Virus record (IMG/VR): IMGVR_UViG_3300043425_000861
DNA from: a virus
Reading direction: 5' to 3' (one strand)
Length of the DNA: 64,000 bases
Position 1 is the first letter of the stretch, and every line of letters begins with the position of its first letter. Positions 9,303-19,476 of this stretch are shown here, one piece after another. A program made the translations under genes and the position numbers. The notes beneath the pieces were generated by a model. The model was not told the origin of the DNA. It saw only the letters and a program-made list of their open reading frames with translations, and ran no database searches.

Positions 9303-9444
9303 ACTGTTTTAATCTAAATAGGTATAAACGAACAAAAGGTCCGAAGACCCTTTGCCGAGATTTGAAATACCTCCTTTTCGTTTTATAATCGTTATCGTTT
9401 AACGGCGACCAAACCAATTAAACTCTAATAATAAATATCACAAA

Positions 9445-10389
9445 TTAAACAAAACGAGCGAAAGATTTTAATAAACTTAAACCAACCATTCCTTTAAAAC
9501 CGTCCATTGCGCTGTCAACAACACCAGGACTTTTTTCTGCACTATTATCTGCAGATGTTTCTAATGATGATTTTTCATCGTCCGAAAGTGAATTGTTATA
9601 AATTTTTGCAAATTCAGGGTCTTTTAATAATTTTTCTGCTAATTCAGGATTATCACCTGGATTACGCATAAAATTTTCAAATGTTTGTATGTTTGGGAAA
9701 CCAAATGTACCTAATAAATTACTACCAAGTATTAATTTTCTAACAACGTTTTTTCTCATCATTCTTCCACCATAAACAACATTCCACCATCTTGAAATGA
9801 AATTACTAGGAGCTTTACCGCCAGTGTTTACTAAGAATCTTTGTAACGCTTGATTTTGAAAATTTTGTTTAACGGTTTTACCAACACCTCTTTCCAATGT
9901 TTTAGTTGCGGTAGTTGCCATACCTTGAACCTTACCCATTAAACCTTTTTGTAAATTTTGTGCATTTTTCAATATTGCAGCATTACCTGGTGAAACTTTA
10001 TTTACTTGACCAACTAATTTAGCAATTTGAGGGTTATCAAGTTGTTTACCAATTTTAGAATATGCCGCTTTTGCTGCGGGATTGTCCGATAAATATTTTA
10101 AAAATGTTGCAGATGTTTTAAATGCACCTGCAGCCTTACCTAATCTTAAGAATGGTTTAACGATGAAATCACCGAAGGTTGGAATTAATGCAAATAACAT
10201 TAAACCAGCTTCAATTTTTCTATCTTGTCTATAATAATGTATAATTAATGCAATATCTGCAATCTCACCAATTACAGGTACGAATCCAACAAGTTGTAGT
10301 AAATTTTCACCCCAACCTTCGGACACTTCTTGATTTATTGGTTCGTAAGATTCCGATTTTGTGTATTTTTTTTCTTTAAAGTTTTCCAT
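9445..10389 (-). CDS. putative virion protein with pre-toxin TG-like motif
   Basis: GFVPVIGEIADIA...ALIPTFGD resembles PT-TG; start placed at the TAATG overlap with the upstream gene. Confidence 0.65.
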   Translation of the reverse strand: MENFKEKKYTKSESYEPINQEVSEGWGENLLQLVGFVPVIGEIADIALIIHYYRQDRKIEAGLMLFALIPTFGDFIVKPFLRLGKAAGAFKTSATFLKYLSDNPAAKAAYSKIGKQLDNPQIAKLVGQVNKVSPGNAAILKNAQNLQKGLMGKVQGMATTATKTLERGVGKTVKQNFQNQALQRFLVNTGGKAPSNFISRWWNVVYGGRMMRKNVVRKLILGSNLLGTFGFPNIQTFENFMRNPGDNPELAEKLLKDPEFAKIYNNSLSDDEKSSLETSADNSAEKSPGVVDSAMDGFKGMVGLSLLKSFARFV

Positions 10390-11009
10390 TATTTCCAAAT
10401 TACTCCGCAAAGTTTATTACCTGCCAATTCACCAATGTTTGATTGTTTTATCAATTCATCAATGATATTACCTAAACCCGATTTTGCTTGGTCCGCAACA
10501 TTTAAACCTACCGATTTTTCACCGAATTGCATATAACCTCTGATACCCGCCATAATTGCGTCTGAAATTTCTGGCATTTTTTGTCTACATAATTCAGGAG
10601 TTTTAAATACTCTTAATAAGTCTCTTGGGTCCATTTGTTCAAGTGCTGCTGCCATTGCATTTGCTGCACCTTGACCAACACCAAGTTGGACTAATATCCA
10701 TCTAATAACTTGTTCTTTTATTGTACCTAAACCACCTCCAATTAGTGCATCAAAAACGTTGGTATTCTTCCATATATCACCAGCAACTGCACCGGCTCCT
10801 TGTTGTAGTTTATCTAAAAATTGTTCAGAAACTAATTCAATTTCTTCAACAGTATAACCTTCATCAAGTAATTTACCAGTCTTAGATAGATATTGTGTAA
10901 ATAAGAAATCCACATCTTCAATATCACTTAATTCATTGAGTGATTCTTGAATACGATTTCTTCTTATTTTAAGTAACTCCTCTTTTAATTTTTTATTTAA
11001 AGTATCCAT
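10389..11009 (-). CDS. hypothetical protein
   Basis: 206-aa ORF in an apparent operon. Confidence 0.8.
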   Translation of the reverse strand: MDTLNKKLKEELLKIRRNRIQESLNELSDIEDVDFLFTQYLSKTGKLLDEGYTVEEIELVSEQFLDKLQQGAGAVAGDIWKNTNVFDALIGGGLGTIKEQVIRWILVQLGVGQGAANAMAAALEQMDPRDLLRVFKTPELCRQKMPEISDAIMAGIRGYMQFGEKSVGLNVADQAKSGLGNIIDELIKQSNIGELAGNKLCGVIWK

Positions 11010-11018
11010 AAATTTTAA

Positions 11019-12896
11019 TTATCTTTTTAACCAAACGTATTTGTCACCGTAACTTTTATCTAATTTTTGTTTGATTCTATCATAACCCAATCCTGATAAA
11101 GTAGTGTCTAATTTACCAACAGTTTCAGCATCTAAATCAGGACCTTTATATTTTACTCGATTTGTTGGTGGTAATACTGTACCATCTTCTAATCTTGTTT
11201 CATTTGCATCTCCTTTAAGATATCCAGCATCTTTAAGTGCGGTATATAAATCTACCGGTTGTTGATTAGACTGAATTATAGGAGCTATTTGAGGTAACTT
11301 CATATCAATAGCAGATGGTAATTTAATATCTCTTGTTGGTAATTTTATTGGTTCAGCATCTAATCTTTTTGTAGGTGCCGGATTAGAACCATTACAGTTA
11401 CTTGTTATTTTCAAATAAACATCTTTTGTTAATTTTGAACCATCATATCCCGCATCACTCAATGCTTTAGTTGTTATAGGTCCAAAATTACCTGTTTGAT
11501 ATTTTTGAGGTAAGCCTAAACATAATTGTACTTCTCTTACATAATCACTCTTACAACCTGGTGTTAAATCAAAATCAGCGCAAGGCTTATATGTTGACCT
11601 TGTTTTGGCTGGACCAGCATCATCTGTTTTTCTTGTATCGTCACCACCCGCAGCCTTTTCACCGTCCCAATCAATATGGATGTTAGAATATTTTTCATCT
11701 GTAGCCTGTTCGGCAATTGTAGCACTCACTTCTTCTGCACCACCACTAGTTCCTTTACAGTAGTAACTACCTCTTACTTGACCATCACCTGTAATTGCTC
11801 TATTATTTGGCCAAAAAGTTAATCCTTGGTGGTTTCTTGATTTTTCATCAACACCATCAGGTATTGTTGCAATTACAACATCACCTGTACCAATTCCGAA
11901 TTCTACATCAGGTAAATTAGCAACACAAGAAGGTAAAACACCATCAGCATTTTTTCCATCTTTACCGAACAAACCTTTAACAAGTTCATACGCACCATAA
12001 CCTGCAAGTCCATATAACAATGCCTGTTTAAGTGACATTCTACCTTTTAGACCTTTTATTTTATTCCATACGTTAGCACCATATTTTCCAATATTATAAC
12101 CCGCCTTCTCAACTGCAGTCATTGCTGCCGCTTCTCCTTTTACTACATCTTTTAATTTACCAACTTCTTTAAGTGGGGTATTAGTAGCAGCCGGAACACT
12201 TGTTCCTTTCATTTTTTTGTAATCTGCTAATCTTTGATTTAAATCTTTACCTGAGAAAGCACTGGTACCTGCATTTTTAGGAATACCCGGCATAGCTTTA
12301 GGAACACCTCCTGTTGGTATTTTATTACCTTTAACCGCACCTGCTGCAACATCATCCACGTTTTTCGATACACCAACGGCAATATCATCAGCCTGTTTAA
12401 CAATTCTATTAATTGTCGCTTCAGGATAACCCGCATTTTTTAATAACATCATACGGTCTGCTCTTGATGCTCCCTGAAATTGAGTAGCTAAACTACTTTT
12501 TGAACCCATTAACTCTTTTGTATAATTTTTAATCGCGTCATCAAATAAACCTGGATTAGTTTTAACAAACTTGGTGTCTTTTAAAATACCTTTACTAAAG
12601 TTACCAAGTTCTCCTGACAACGCTTTTCCTTCTCTTGCTCTCTTTAAAAACGCTACAGCATCATCTGCAGAACCTTTAAACATTGGGAGTCCCTTAATTT
12701 CACCACCTAAAAGTTTTATTGCGTCATCACTAAAATTTCTCAATAAAGCTTTAAGTTGCTCATCTAACGATTCTTGGTTTTCATAAATCATACCATCATC
12801 AACTAAATCATTGTTCTCAACAATAACATTAGTATCTTTAATACCCATAAGGACTTTAACCCTATCTACTTGTTCATTAAGTTCTATCTTTTTCAT
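11019..12896 (-). CDS. large putative virion protein with leader, TM helix and peptidoglycan-binding-like domain
   Basis: LNEQVDRVKVLMG leader; VREVQLCLG...GNFGPITTKAL resembles PG_binding_1; C-terminal domain shared with 41845-42645. Confidence 0.7.
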   Translation of the reverse strand: MKKIELNEQVDRVKVLMGIKDTNVIVENNDLVDDGMIYENQESLDEQLKALLRNFSDDAIKLLGGEIKGLPMFKGSADDAVAFLKRAREGKALSGELGNFSKGILKDTKFVKTNPGLFDDAIKNYTKELMGSKSSLATQFQGASRADRMMLLKNAGYPEATINRIVKQADDIAVGVSKNVDDVAAGAVKGNKIPTGGVPKAMPGIPKNAGTSAFSGKDLNQRLADYKKMKGTSVPAATNTPLKEVGKLKDVVKGEAAAMTAVEKAGYNIGKYGANVWNKIKGLKGRMSLKQALLYGLAGYGAYELVKGLFGKDGKNADGVLPSCVANLPDVEFGIGTGDVVIATIPDGVDEKSRNHQGLTFWPNNRAITGDGQVRGSYYCKGTSGGAEEVSATIAEQATDEKYSNIHIDWDGEKAAGGDDTRKTDDAGPAKTRSTYKPCADFDLTPGCKSDYVREVQLCLGLPQKYQTGNFGPITTKALSDAGYDGSKLTKDVYLKITSNCNGSNPAPTKRLDAEPIKLPTRDIKLPSAIDMKLPQIAPIIQSNQQPVDLYTALKDAGYLKGDANETRLEDGTVLPPTNRVKYKGPDLDAETVGKLDTTLSGLGYDRIKQKLDKSYGDKYVWLKR

Positions 12897-12907
12897 ATTT
12901 TTTTGTT

Positions 12908-14185
12908 TTATAATGATGTTTCAAAATCATATGTCGCACCATCTAATTTAATATCATCTAACTTTTCTGCTGTGGGTGAACCGTTTCTTTCGCGATAAGC
13001 TTCGACACCTTTATTTAAAAGTGCAGTTCCGCCAGCAAATGCCAATCCAGCAGTTGCTCCTTTTTTAGCTGCGGTGGCTATTGATACCGGACCTCTTCCT
13101 TTTATCGCCTTCAAACCGGGTACCACTATATCTCTTTTTATTTGTTGTTTAACTACTGAACCAACTGAAGGTGCTTTACTACCCGCGGCCTTTGTAATGG
13201 CTTCTGACATTCTAGTAAAAATCCCATCGATTCTACCTTTAAATGTTTGTATTAATTTTGTTGCACCTGGTCCTAATGCCTTTGCTAACCATTCTAATGG
13301 TTTTACCATCACTCCGATTAACCAACGAGCACCCTTACCAATAACGTTTAGAATTGGACCAAAGAATTTAGCTCCTAATTTTGCAACATTACTTCCTGCA
13401 GCTTTTAGAGTTACTCTCGCAGCTTTAGCTGCTCCTGAAAAACCAACTCCAAGTACACAAACAGCAATGTCGAGATATGTGAAAATACTTGTGGCATCAG
13501 TTTGTCCCGATACTAATTGATATATTTTCCAAACTAAAATCGCCCCCCATAAAACTCCTGTGGCAACTTTACCAACACCAATCGCGGTTAATGCAATATC
13601 TAAACCAATACCCACTGGTGATATTAGAAAATCCTCTAATTTTTGAAAGAACCAAGGTAATCCCTTTTTTAAAATCCAAGCACCTGCGTCTTTAATACCT
13701 TCCCAAGCTTTTCCTGCAACTTCTTTTGTTTTATCCCAAGCCTTTCCTGCAACTTCTTTCGTTTTATTCCAAGTATTCCCAACATCGGATTTAAACTCAT
13801 CCCAAGAATACTCCTGAATAATCATTGGACATTGTTCGTACAATTTGTTCTTTACAAAATCCCAAGACTCAAGAATTATTTGTTCAGTTCTGTACTTATC
13901 TTCAGATTCGAAGATTAAGTTGTTACCATATCTAACCTCATATTCCATAATGTAACCACTATTATTACCCATCATCGGGTAGATAAGTTGTTTCATTTTT
14001 TTAAATAAATCGGTCGATTCAAAAAGATTTTCTTTGTAAGCAAATGCAAATTGGTTTTTATACATTTCACAAACAAATATTGGATTCGGAGAATCGATAT
14101 CGGTTGAAATGTCGGTGTGTAAATCAACGATTCTACCCAACATTTGTACATATCTACCGTCACCAGTTATGTTAAAATTTTCCAT
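12908..14185 (-). CDS. putative virion/membrane protein with 11-aa KAW repeats
   Basis: Tandem W(N/D)KTKEVAGKA repeats followed by hydrophobic Gly/Ala-rich helices. Confidence 0.75.
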   Translation of the reverse strand: MENFNITGDGRYVQMLGRIVDLHTDISTDIDSPNPIFVCEMYKNQFAFAYKENLFESTDLFKKMKQLIYPMMGNNSGYIMEYEVRYGNNLIFESEDKYRTEQIILESWDFVKNKLYEQCPMIIQEYSWDEFKSDVGNTWNKTKEVAGKAWDKTKEVAGKAWEGIKDAGAWILKKGLPWFFQKLEDFLISPVGIGLDIALTAIGVGKVATGVLWGAILVWKIYQLVSGQTDATSIFTYLDIAVCVLGVGFSGAAKAARVTLKAAGSNVAKLGAKFFGPILNVIGKGARWLIGVMVKPLEWLAKALGPGATKLIQTFKGRIDGIFTRMSEAITKAAGSKAPSVGSVVKQQIKRDIVVPGLKAIKGRGPVSIATAAKKGATAGLAFAGGTALLNKGVEAYRERNGSPTAEKLDDIKLDGATYDFETSL

Positions 14186-14225
14186 TTATCTTTTGATTAC
14201 TATATAAATATCCTATAAAAGTTAT

Positions 14226-14480
14226 TTATTTCAATTTATTTGCCTTTCCTCTTTCCTTAATTCTGTCCTCCATTGGTGTATTGTCAATCTTGTTTGCAGG
14301 TCCTCGAGTAACTCCACTTTCCCAAACACCTACCTCAGGGTATCCTTGACCACCACTTTGTGTGGATGAAGTACCTGATTCAGGTTGTGCTGCTGCTGGG
14401 TCATCCTGTTCGTCAATCTCTTGATTATCAGTACTTTTAAACAACCCTTTTAGTTGTTTTTCACTTATTAATATCTTCAT
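14226..14480 (-). CDS. small protein with ISEKQL leader
   Basis: Starts MKILISEKQLKGLF; C-terminal WESGVTRGPAN motif. Confidence 0.7.
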   Translation of the reverse strand: MKILISEKQLKGLFKSTDNQEIDEQDDPAAAQPESGTSSTQSGGQGYPEVGVWESGVTRGPANKIDNTPMEDRIKERGKANKLK

Positions 14481-14561
14481 ATATGATAAATAGTAAAAAA
14501 AATATTTGAAATATTCTTGTATATTCAAAAAAATACATATTTTTGTTCAAATTTTGAAGTT

Positions 14562-15182
14562 ATGAGAGCAATATTAAGTTTACTATTAGTGGTAATTCTT
14601 ACAGGATGTGAGAAATACGAGCAACCATCAAGTATCTTACAACAGTTATCAGGACCCACTCCATTTTATTTGAAATCTTATAGAATTCAAATTCAAACTA
14701 CTAATGAAAAAGACGATATTGGTATGTTTGTTGATGTAGGAAGTCCAAACACAACAAACTACATTGGTTTGGGTGATTGGTACGTAATCAATAGAATTGG
14801 TGATAGATATATTATAAGATGTGATACCACTTCATTAATTGCACAAAGAAAATACGTAATAGGAGACCAATGGAATTTTGGTAACCCTGACATATACGGT
14901 TTAAAAATATTTGATAACCTTAGAAGTCGAATTAATGGAGTTTGTGAAGTATATGAGGGAGGAAGTAGTAGTACTTTCGTTTATCCTAATTTATTAAAGA
15001 TTATAGATAGTAAGTCTGGTATGACGGACTATGGATTTTCTGCATCTACTAATTCAAGAGGTGTATCTTACGCCACTGAATTATATTTAACCACACCAAA
15101 AAAATGGTTTTATGTTAAAGAAGGTCAAAGAGTGATAGGTAGATTCAATTATTCGATAGAATTATTATTTAATAGAAATTAA
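14562..15182 (+). CDS. lipoprotein
   Basis: Signal MRAILSLLLVVILTG|C with lipobox. Confidence 0.75.
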   Translation: MRAILSLLLVVILTGCEKYEQPSSILQQLSGPTPFYLKSYRIQIQTTNEKDDIGMFVDVGSPNTTNYIGLGDWYVINRIGDRYIIRCDTTSLIAQRKYVIGDQWNFGNPDIYGLKIFDNLRSRINGVCEVYEGGSSSTFVYPNLLKIIDSKSGMTDYGFSASTNSRGVSYATELYLTTPKKWFYVKEGQRVIGRFNYSIELLFNRN

Positions 15183-15547
15183 CTATCGTAAATTGTTGGG
15201 TCGATTTTTGAATACATTTTAATGTATTGACCGGCTTTTGCATTTGCCTCATCCTCAATTTCACCACCGATATCAGGTGGTCTAACTTCGAGACGACCTT
15301 GTTCGAATTGTTTGTGATGAACCATTTCGTGTGCCACACTTCTCATAACATCAACTAACATACGACCTTTACCGAAAACCTTAATTATCTTGTTTTCTTT
15401 GGTGTAATCGTAATTAGCGGTAGTTTTAAGACCATCTCTGTTCCCTTTAATTACAATTGTAGGAACGGTTTCAAGTTCAAGTTCTTTTTTAACGAACTTA
15501 ACAAACTCATTTAGCCTTTCTTTATTTTCATCACTTAGGAATCCCAT
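15179..15547 (-). CDS. zincin-like metallopeptidase domain protein
   Basis: HEMVH motif plus downstream E-x-EA; TATTTATA upstream. Confidence 0.7.
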   Translation of the reverse strand: MGFLSDENKERLNEFVKFVKKELELETVPTIVIKGNRDGLKTTANYDYTKENKIIKVFGKGRMLVDVMRSVAHEMVHHKQFEQGRLEVRPPDIGGEIEDEANAKAGQYIKMYSKIDPTIYDS

Positions 15548-15559
15548 ACTATATAAATA

Positions 15560-15808
15560 TCATAAAATAATTTCATCAGGTAAATCATTTTCAGTTAGAT
15601 ATTGATTTACCAAATCAATTATGAAATCTTCTTCTATTTCGTTTAAATCATATTCATCAATAATTTCAGGAGAATACAATTCAATATCACCAAAATCAAG
15701 TTCTAAGATTCTATAAAACTTGTCAAGGTCTTCTTTTGTGGAAAATTCAACGTATAACCTTCTGGTATCCTCGTTGTAGTAATATTCGTGTATAATCATT
15801 GTAAACAA
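15560..15808 (-). CDS. hypothetical acidic protein
   Basis: 82-aa ORF. Confidence 0.7.
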   Translation of the reverse strand: MFTMIIHEYYYNEDTRRLYVEFSTKEDLDKFYRILELDFGDIELYSPEIIDEYDLNEIEEDFIIDLVNQYLTENDLPDEIIL

Positions 15809-15836
15809 TGATAAGTATAACGAACTTTTTAAAAAG

Positions 15837-16577
15837 TTATGCCATATTTGAATGGACTTTTGTTGGATTCATAGCCAAACCACCAGTATTCAATACTTCA
15901 TAATGTAAATGTGGTCCTGTAGAATTACCAGCATATTTCGCACCTGCTTGACCACCTGAATAACCAATTAATTGACCTTTCTTAACCTCATCTCCTTTTT
16001 TAACTACCCATTGAGTTAAATGACAGAACTTTGTCATCAATCCTACATTCGTATGATTTAATTTAACAAATCCACCACAACCATTTGGAGTAGTATCGCC
16101 AGCAAACATCACCACCGCATCTTGAGGTGCATATACTGCAGTACCAACAGGTGCTCCAATATCCACACCTTTATGATTTTTGGATGTATTACCCCCAATA
16201 TTTCTCATACCAAAACTACTGGTCACTTTGTATGAAGGTCCCAATGGGTGCATAAGTTCTAAACCTGGAGGTATATTTGCGGCAAATTCTCCCGCACCAC
16301 CTCTATTGGTTTCGGTACCACCTGACACACTATTTTGAGTATTACCTGACGTTTTTGAAAATAAAGACGTTGCCAAATCTACCATCATATTAGTGTAACT
16401 ATCAACAGTACCCTGTAAACCACTTCCCGAACTTTTTGACGTTTCAGTACTGCCGGTTGTTGATGTTTGAGTATTACCGGTTGTTGATGTTTGAGTACTA
16501 CCTGTTTTTGGAGTTTCTTGTTCCTCTAATCTCCACATTAGATTTTTAACTTGGTTTTCTGTTAATTGAAGTTTCAT
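15837..16577 (-). CDS. M23 family peptidase with LTENQV leader
   Basis: HKGVD and STGPHLHYE motifs; Thr/Ser linker with TTGxTQTS repeats. Confidence 0.9.
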   Translation of the reverse strand: MKLQLTENQVKNLMWRLEEQETPKTGSTQTSTTGNTQTSTTGSTETSKSSGSGLQGTVDSYTNMMVDLATSLFSKTSGNTQNSVSGGTETNRGGAGEFAANIPPGLELMHPLGPSYKVTSSFGMRNIGGNTSKNHKGVDIGAPVGTAVYAPQDAVVMFAGDTTPNGCGGFVKLNHTNVGLMTKFCHLTQWVVKKGDEVKKGQLIGYSGGQAGAKYAGNSTGPHLHYEVLNTGGLAMNPTKVHSNMA

Positions 16578-16624
16578 ACAAATATAAATATACAATTTAC
16601 TCTAAATTTACAATACTTAATAAT

Positions 16625-16948
16625 ATGGATTGGTATAGTATCAAATATTTGTACCCTGAATCTTTCGAAAGATTTAGTTCGGTTATGTTCCCAAATACGG
16701 GAATCGTGAGTTTATCTACATTGTCTTATTATGACAATAAGAAACTATATTATTTTTTCGATAAGGAGGGTATTTTTTTGATGATTGAAAGATTTAATAT
16801 CGATGTATGGAATTACACCATAAGTTTACATAATGGTGTTTGTTTTGGTCCTGGTGACCTATCTAAAAAAACAAGAGAAGAAGCTGAGAGTGAGGGATTT
16901 GCTGAATGTTTCAAAATATTATACAAATGTATTAGAGATTGTAAATGA
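16625..16948 (+). CDS. hypothetical protein
   Basis: 107-aa ORF. Confidence 0.7.
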   Translation: MDWYSIKYLYPESFERFSSVMFPNTGIVSLSTLSYYDNKKLYYFFDKEGIFLMIERFNIDVWNYTISLHNGVCFGPGDLSKKTREEAESEGFAECFKILYKCIRDCK

Positions 16949-16961
16949 CTATTTATCTAAT

Positions 16962-17249
16962 ATGTCCACAATTACGTTTTTATTACAAGCCACAAGAATT
17001 CTTCACGTTGGTAACTATGATGAAGATGAGTTACGTATGATTTACGATTTTACAACTCAACTTGACAATGTTGTATTAAATGAGTATCTTAATAACACAA
17101 CCATCTTATCTTATAATAATGATTTAGAATTGTATGTTGAAATTTTACAATCACTAATCGTTATATTTGAGGAAAGAGAAGAATATGAAAAATGTAATTT
17201 ATTAAAAATAAAAATTGACGAATCAATAAAATTAATTAAAACCAAATAA
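16962..17249 (+). CDS. hypothetical protein with C-terminal UVR-like helix
   Basis: EEREEYEKC motif; TATTTAT upstream. Confidence 0.65.
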   Translation: MSTITFLLQATRILHVGNYDEDELRMIYDFTTQLDNVVLNEYLNNTTILSYNNDLELYVEILQSLIVIFEEREEYEKCNLLKIKIDESIKLIKTK

Positions 17250-17250
17250 T

Positions 17251-17397
17251 ATGTGTATATTCAATATGAAAGAAGACGAAAGAAAAAAAATTTCGGAACA
17301 ACACAAAAAGTTAGAAAAGGAAGCTAAAGAAAGAAAAGAAGAACTTAAAAAAGGATTGAAAGCTCCTGAAAAAAAAGAAGATAAAAAAACCTCCTAA
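17251..17397 (+). CDS. small charged protein (not in ORF track)
   Basis: MCIFNMKEDERKKISEQHKKL..., similar to the N-terminus of 44819-45247. Confidence 0.55.
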   Translation: MCIFNMKEDERKKISEQHKKLEKEAKERKEELKKGLKAPEKKEDKKTS

Positions 17398-17398
17398 T

Positions 17399-17638
17399 TT
17401 AGGAGGTTTCTTTTTTATTTAAGTATTTGGTAAGTAATATATACGATAACCAAAAACACCCTGAAATTGAGTAGAAGATAACGTCTGCTCCCCAATACGA
17501 ACCTGTCACTTCCATCATTAGTTTGAATAGTGCATCGTAACCCAGAGGTAGAAAGAACATCGCTAACATTAGTGACGTATCTTTGTAAAACAGAAGTCTT
17601 TTGTTTTTGTCTTTTAATTTTTTTAATTTGTTCACCAT
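17399..17638 (-). CDS. small 2-TM membrane protein
   Basis: Two hydrophobic segments. Confidence 0.6.
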   Translation of the reverse strand: MVNKLKKLKDKNKRLLFYKDTSLMLAMFFLPLGYDALFKLMMEVTGSYWGADVIFYSISGCFWLSYILLTKYLNKKETS

Positions 17639-17693
17639 CAGGGTCCATCTATAAGGGGTTTATAACATTATGGATTTAGATAATCCTTTTATA

Positions 17694-18797
17694 TTAAATA
17701 CTCTCAATTTCTACTTTGGACCTTTTCAACGCAGATGCAAAAACTTGGTGCATATCGTAGTATTTGTAATCGGCCAATCTACCACCAAATAGGTATTTGG
17801 TTTCTTTCGACATTAATTCCTTATACTGACCATATCTAATATTATTGATATTATCGTTCATTGGATAATAAGGTTCTCCTTCTGTTTTTGGGTATTCTTT
17901 TGTTATCACAGTCGTTGGTTGTTCGCCAAATTCAAAATGTTTGTGTTCAATGATTCTTGTGTATGGAACATCAACATCACCATAATTCATACCGGCAATT
18001 CCTTGATAATCTGGTATGTCTAATATTTCTGTTTCAAACTTTAAACTACGATATTCTAATTTACCGAACTGATAGTTGTAAAATTCATCCACCGCACCCG
18101 TATAAACAACTTTAGTTGCTTTAGAATCCCAATTCTCTTTATCCTTCAAGTAATCAACATTTAATTCAACATCAATTCCTTCTAATAATTTTTCAAAAAT
18201 TTTAGTATAACCCCCAATAGGAATTCCTTGATAATTGTCAAAGTAATAATTGTCATCAAACGTCAATCTAATTGGTAAACGTTTGATGATGAATGATGGT
18301 AATAACTTAGGTTCTCTACCCCATTGTTTAGTGGTATATCCCTTTATGAAGATTTCATAAAGTTCAGGACCCACTTCTGATAATATCCACTCCTCCAAAT
18401 TAATTACTCTACCTAACGGATTTTTATCAAACGGTATTTTAACTTCCTCAAGTTTTTTTCTTGCTTCCTCAGGTGTTTTAACACCATATACTTGATATAA
18501 AGACATTAAATTAATTGGTAGTGAATATATCTTGTCTTTATATTTTATTTTAGGTCTATAACTAAAATGATTAAATGGGACTAAATTATTTACATAATCC
18601 CATACTCGTTTATCTGATGTGTGGAATATATGAGGACCGTATTTGTGAACATTAATACCGTCAATCTTTTCGGTATAACAATTACCACCAATATGATATC
18701 GTTTGTCTATTACTAATACCTTTTTACCAGCATTTGTTAATTCTCTTGCAAATACCGCACCATATATTCCCGCACCAACTATTAAGTAATCGTACAT
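17694..18797 (-). CDS. glf: UDP-galactopyranose mutase
   Basis: GAGIYG, HIGGNCY, HKYGPHIFHT, EPYYP, GRLADYKYYDM. Confidence 0.96.
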   Translation of the reverse strand: MYDYLIVGAGIYGAVFARELTNAGKKVLVIDKRYHIGGNCYTEKIDGINVHKYGPHIFHTSDKRVWDYVNNLVPFNHFSYRPKIKYKDKIYSLPINLMSLYQVYGVKTPEEARKKLEEVKIPFDKNPLGRVINLEEWILSEVGPELYEIFIKGYTTKQWGREPKLLPSFIIKRLPIRLTFDDNYYFDNYQGIPIGGYTKIFEKLLEGIDVELNVDYLKDKENWDSKATKVVYTGAVDEFYNYQFGKLEYRSLKFETEILDIPDYQGIAGMNYGDVDVPYTRIIEHKHFEFGEQPTTVITKEYPKTEGEPYYPMNDNINNIRYGQYKELMSKETKYLFGGRLADYKYYDMHQVFASALKRSKVEIESI

Positions 18798-18798
18798 A

Positions 18799-19476
18799 TT
18801 AAATGTCTAAGTTTTGTATTGGTTTTAAATAACTGTTGATGAACCCTGATGGACCAAATGAATGGTGTCCACCAATATCACTAACATCACCGCCTCTTTG
18901 AGTTACTGCAACAGGATATACTGAATATTTTTTTGATAGGTTCGCAGACAATAAAATATCCATCGGATACGCATAATGATAATGATTGATTAATGTGTCG
19001 TAAGCGGTGTGATTTAAAATAAACGCGTGTGAAGTATTCATTCCACCAACTTTAATTAAATGTCTACCTGCCTGTGTAACGTATTGGTCAAGTAACGAAC
19101 CGCCCAAATACAATATTTCCCAATCCTTATCCTTTACTTCATCAATTGCGGATTCAATAATATCCATTGAATGGGTAAAACCACCATTATAAAAATAAAT
19201 GTCATCTTCGAATACCAATATTCTTTCGTAGTTATTTTCTTTAGCGTCATTAATAATTTTTAAGTGTGATTGAGTACAACCATCAACACATTTTTTCCAA
19301 TCATCGGAACCATAATCACATTTAACCGTTTCGTTAAATGCCGCCACCGCAGATACTCTTTCCACTAAGTCTTGGAGGTTATATTTTTCCAATTCTTGTT
19401 TTGTCTTTTCATTTCTTTCGGTTTTATAATCTAAATTGATATAATACCCTTTGTTTACAAAATCTTTTAGTTTCAT
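18799..19476 (-). CDS. GT25-like glycosyltransferase
   Basis: YINL..R, GC..SH, LVFEDD, W-x-ILYLG. Confidence 0.85.
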   Translation of the reverse strand: MKLKDFVNKGYYINLDYKTERNEKTKQELEKYNLQDLVERVSAVAAFNETVKCDYGSDDWKKCVDGCTQSHLKIINDAKENNYERILVFEDDIYFYNGGFTHSMDIIESAIDEVKDKDWEILYLGGSLLDQYVTQAGRHLIKVGGMNTSHAFILNHTAYDTLINHYHYAYPMDILLSANLSKKYSVYPVAVTQRGGDVSDIGGHHSFGPSGFINSYLKPIQNLDI

